Below are positions 61,906-64,000 of a stretch of 64,000 nucleotides of DNA, in pieces. The stretch is from Bacilli bacterium (GTDB taxonomy: Bacteria > Bacillota_I > Bacilli_A > RF39 > UBA660). The stretch spans positions 142,752 through 206,751 of the forward strand of contig JAFWMN010000011.1 in the NCBI GenBank assembly GCA_017513865.1, given 5' to 3'. The notes below the pieces were generated by a model. It did no database searches. It was not told where the DNA came from and saw nothing but the letters and a program-made list of their open reading frames with translations. Each line of letters opens with the position of its first letter. The first letter of the stretch is position 1. The translations under genes and the position numbers were made by a program.

Positions 61906-62874
61906 TTGAAAAAAATTATTATATTTCTTATAATAATAGGACTAATAATCACCGGATATTTTGTTTTTAAAAATAAAAAACAAAGTAATCTAAAAAGTAT
62001 TAAAGTAGCTGAAGTAACTCATAGTATTTTTTATACTCCACAGTATGTCGCCCACGCCTTAGGATATTTCAAAGATGAAGGGTTAGATGTTAATTTTTTA
62101 CTAACCCCAGGTGCTGATAAAGTGACATCTGCTGTATTAAGTGGCGATGTTGAAATTGGTTTTTGCGGTAGTGAGTCTACTATCTATGTTTATAATGGTG
62201 GTGAAAAAGATTATCTACAAAGTTTTGCTGGACTAACTAAAAAAGATGGAAGCTTTCTAATATCAAGAAAAAAAGAAAAATTTGATTTAAATAAATTAAA
62301 AGGAAAACACATTATTGCCGGAAGAGAAGGTGGCATGCCAGCCATGACATTAGAATATGCATTAAATAAAAATGGTATAAAAACTAATGAATTAAATTTC
62401 GATACTAGTATTGACTTTGCTTCTACTTCTGGTGCGTTTATTGGAGGGACTGGAGATTATGTATCACTATTTGAACCAACTGCGTCTGAACTTGAAAAAA
62501 AAGGCTATGGTTATATAGTAGCTTCCGTAGGAAAATTAGGTGGTAATGTTCCTTATACATCATATATAGCTAGAAAAAGTTATATTAAAAATAATGAAAA
62601 AACTATAAAAGACTTTGCCAAAGGGATCCAAAAAGGTTTAGATTATGTTTATAAGCATAAAAACGATGAAATAGCGGAAATAATAAAAGACTATTTTCCA
62701 GATACAAATGTTAAAAAGATAGAACAAATAATAAAAAGATATAAAGATATTGATGCCTGGAATAAAGAAACAAAAATAAGTAAAAAAGACTTTGATCATA
62801 TAAAAGAAATAGTTAAAAATGCTGGCAAATTAGACAAAGATGTACCTTATACAAAACTAGTATATACAAAATGA
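61906..62874 (+). CDS. ABC transporter substrate-binding protein (NitT/TauT, NMT1/SsuA-like)
   Basis: EVTHSIFYTPQYVA, GR.GGMP.M.LEY, FEPTAS. N-terminal TM anchor. Confidence 0.85.
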   Translation: MKKIIIFLIIIGLIITGYFVFKNKKQSNLKSIKVAEVTHSIFYTPQYVAHALGYFKDEGLDVNFLLTPGADKVTSAVLSGDVEIGFCGSESTIYVYNGGEKDYLQSFAGLTKKDGSFLISRKKEKFDLNKLKGKHIIAGREGGMPAMTLEYALNKNGIKTNELNFDTSIDFASTSGAFIGGTGDYVSLFEPTASELEKKGYGYIVASVGKLGGNVPYTSYIARKSYIKNNEKTIKDFAKGIQKGLDYVYKHKNDEIAEIIKDYFPDTNVKKIEQIIKRYKDIDAWNKETKISKKDFDHIKEIVKNAGKLDKDVPYTKLVYTK

Positions 62875-63605
62875 ATATATTAAAAATTAAAAACTTAAAG
62901 AAAACTTACCATACTAAAGAAAGTGAGTTTTTAGCTGTGGATAACTTTTCTTTTAATTTAAAAGAAGGTGAATTTGTCGCCATTGTCGGACCTAGCGGAT
63001 GCGGAAAAAGTACCATTTTATCTATTTTGTGTGGACTAGATAAGCCATCAAAAGGTCAAATAATATATAATAAAAAACTAGATTTTGGATATATGCTTCA
63101 AAGCGATAATCTATTTGATTGGTTAAATGTTTACAAAAATTGTATATTAGGTCTTGAAATAAAAAAAAGGAAAAATAAAAAATATGTTGAAAAGCTTTTA
63201 AAAACATACGGATTGTGGGAATTTAAAGACACTTATCCAAGAAACTTATCGGGAGGAATGCGTCAAAGAGTATCGTTAATTAGAACCCTAGCTACTAATC
63301 CGGATATCCTTCTTTTAGATGAACCATTTTCCGCACTAGATTATCAAACGAGACTTGCCGTATCAGAGGATGTATATAAAATAATAAAAAAAGAAAATAA
63401 AAGTGCGATTATGGTTACTCATGATATCGGCGAAGCTATTAGTATGGCAGATCGTATTATCGTTTTAACAGATAAACCAAGTACTATAAAAAACATATAT
63501 GAAATTAATTTAATAAATAAAAGCACCCCCATTGAAAATAGAAAAGACAAAAAATTTTCATATTACTACGACTTACTATGGAAGGATATTGATTGCCATG
63601 TCTAA
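62871..63605 (+). CDS. ABC transporter ATP-binding protein (NitT/TauT family)
   Basis: GPSGCGKST, LSGGMRQR, LLLDEPFSALDYQTR, VTHD. Confidence 0.92.
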   Translation: MNILKIKNLKKTYHTKESEFLAVDNFSFNLKEGEFVAIVGPSGCGKSTILSILCGLDKPSKGQIIYNKKLDFGYMLQSDNLFDWLNVYKNCILGLEIKKRKNKKYVEKLLKTYGLWEFKDTYPRNLSGGMRQRVSLIRTLATNPDILLLDEPFSALDYQTRLAVSEDVYKIIKKENKSAIMVTHDIGEAISMADRIIVLTDKPSTIKNIYEINLINKSTPIENRKDKKFSYYYDLLWKDIDCHV

Positions 63606-64000
63606 AGAACATCAAAAATATTTAAAAAAAAGAAAAATAATTGACATATTAATCAGAATAATTCAAATAATAATTGTGCTTATAATCATCGCTATATGGC
63701 AATATGCTGCTGATAAAAATTATATCAATACTTTTATTTCATCAAGTCCTAAAAATATTTTAAAAACTATTATTAGTTTATATAAAAACAAAACATTATT
63801 CAGCCATATTTGGATTACGTTATATGAAGTTATAATAAGTTTTACTATAGGTGAAATAATAGGGATAACAACGGCCGCTTTTTTGTGGAGATTTAATTTC
63901 ATATATAAAATTTTAGATCCGTATTTAACAATACTAAACAGTATGCCAAAAGTATCACTAGGACCAATAATTATAATACTAGCTGGCGCCAGTACAAAAT
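63598..64000 (+). CDS. ABC transporter permease (NitT/TauT family), partial; runs off the window end
   Basis: ATG at 63598 overlapping the ATPase stop. MSKEHQKYL...IWQY...SSSP...HIWITLYE...LDPYLTILNSMPKVSLGP. Confidence 0.85.
   Translation, partial: MSKEHQKYLKKRKIIDILIRIIQIIIVLIIIAIWQYAADKNYINTFISSSPKNILKTIISLYKNKTLFSHIWITLYEVIISFTIGEIIGITTAAFLWRFNFIYKILDPYLTILNSMPKVSLGPIIIILAGASTK

Overview
Very AT-rich chromosomal segment of a small-genome Bacillota. The gpsB-rnpB(type B) arrangement, hrcA/CIRCE and general gene style suggest a gut Bacilli lineage such as RF39, but this taxonomy is an inference. Most genes are on the minus strand. Contents in order: 5' part of RNase P RNA, gpsB, ugd, short alaS, a P-loop kinase, an AI-2E transporter and frr; a hrcA-grpE-dnaK-pepF-dnaJ heat-shock locus with two CIRCE-like elements; an ORF6N gene with a LexA-like box; a telA/xpaC/SBP/vWA cluster; ligA; a class B sortase with surface proteins; pcrA; an M23 peptidase; and an unusual sigma-70 paralogue. 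The most interesting part is a roughly 22-kb locus (31.2-53.4 kb). It encodes two intact and two catalytically degenerate SipW-type signal peptidases, eight proteins sharing a TasA/CalY-like cleavage signature, a 2398-aa glycine-repeat adhesin-like protein, a degenerate EAL-like protein, and a membrane-anchored McrB-like AAA+ NTPase paired with a nuclease-less DUF2357 (McrC-N-like) protein. I interpret this as a candidate SipW-processed surface filament system with a repurposed McrBC-like motor. The window ends with an agmatine deiminase pathway (aguB-aguD-aguA, arcC), potABCD and a NitT/TauT-type ABC transporter. I found no CRISPR array, tRNA, rRNA, IS element or prophage. All calls come from motif reading without database searches.
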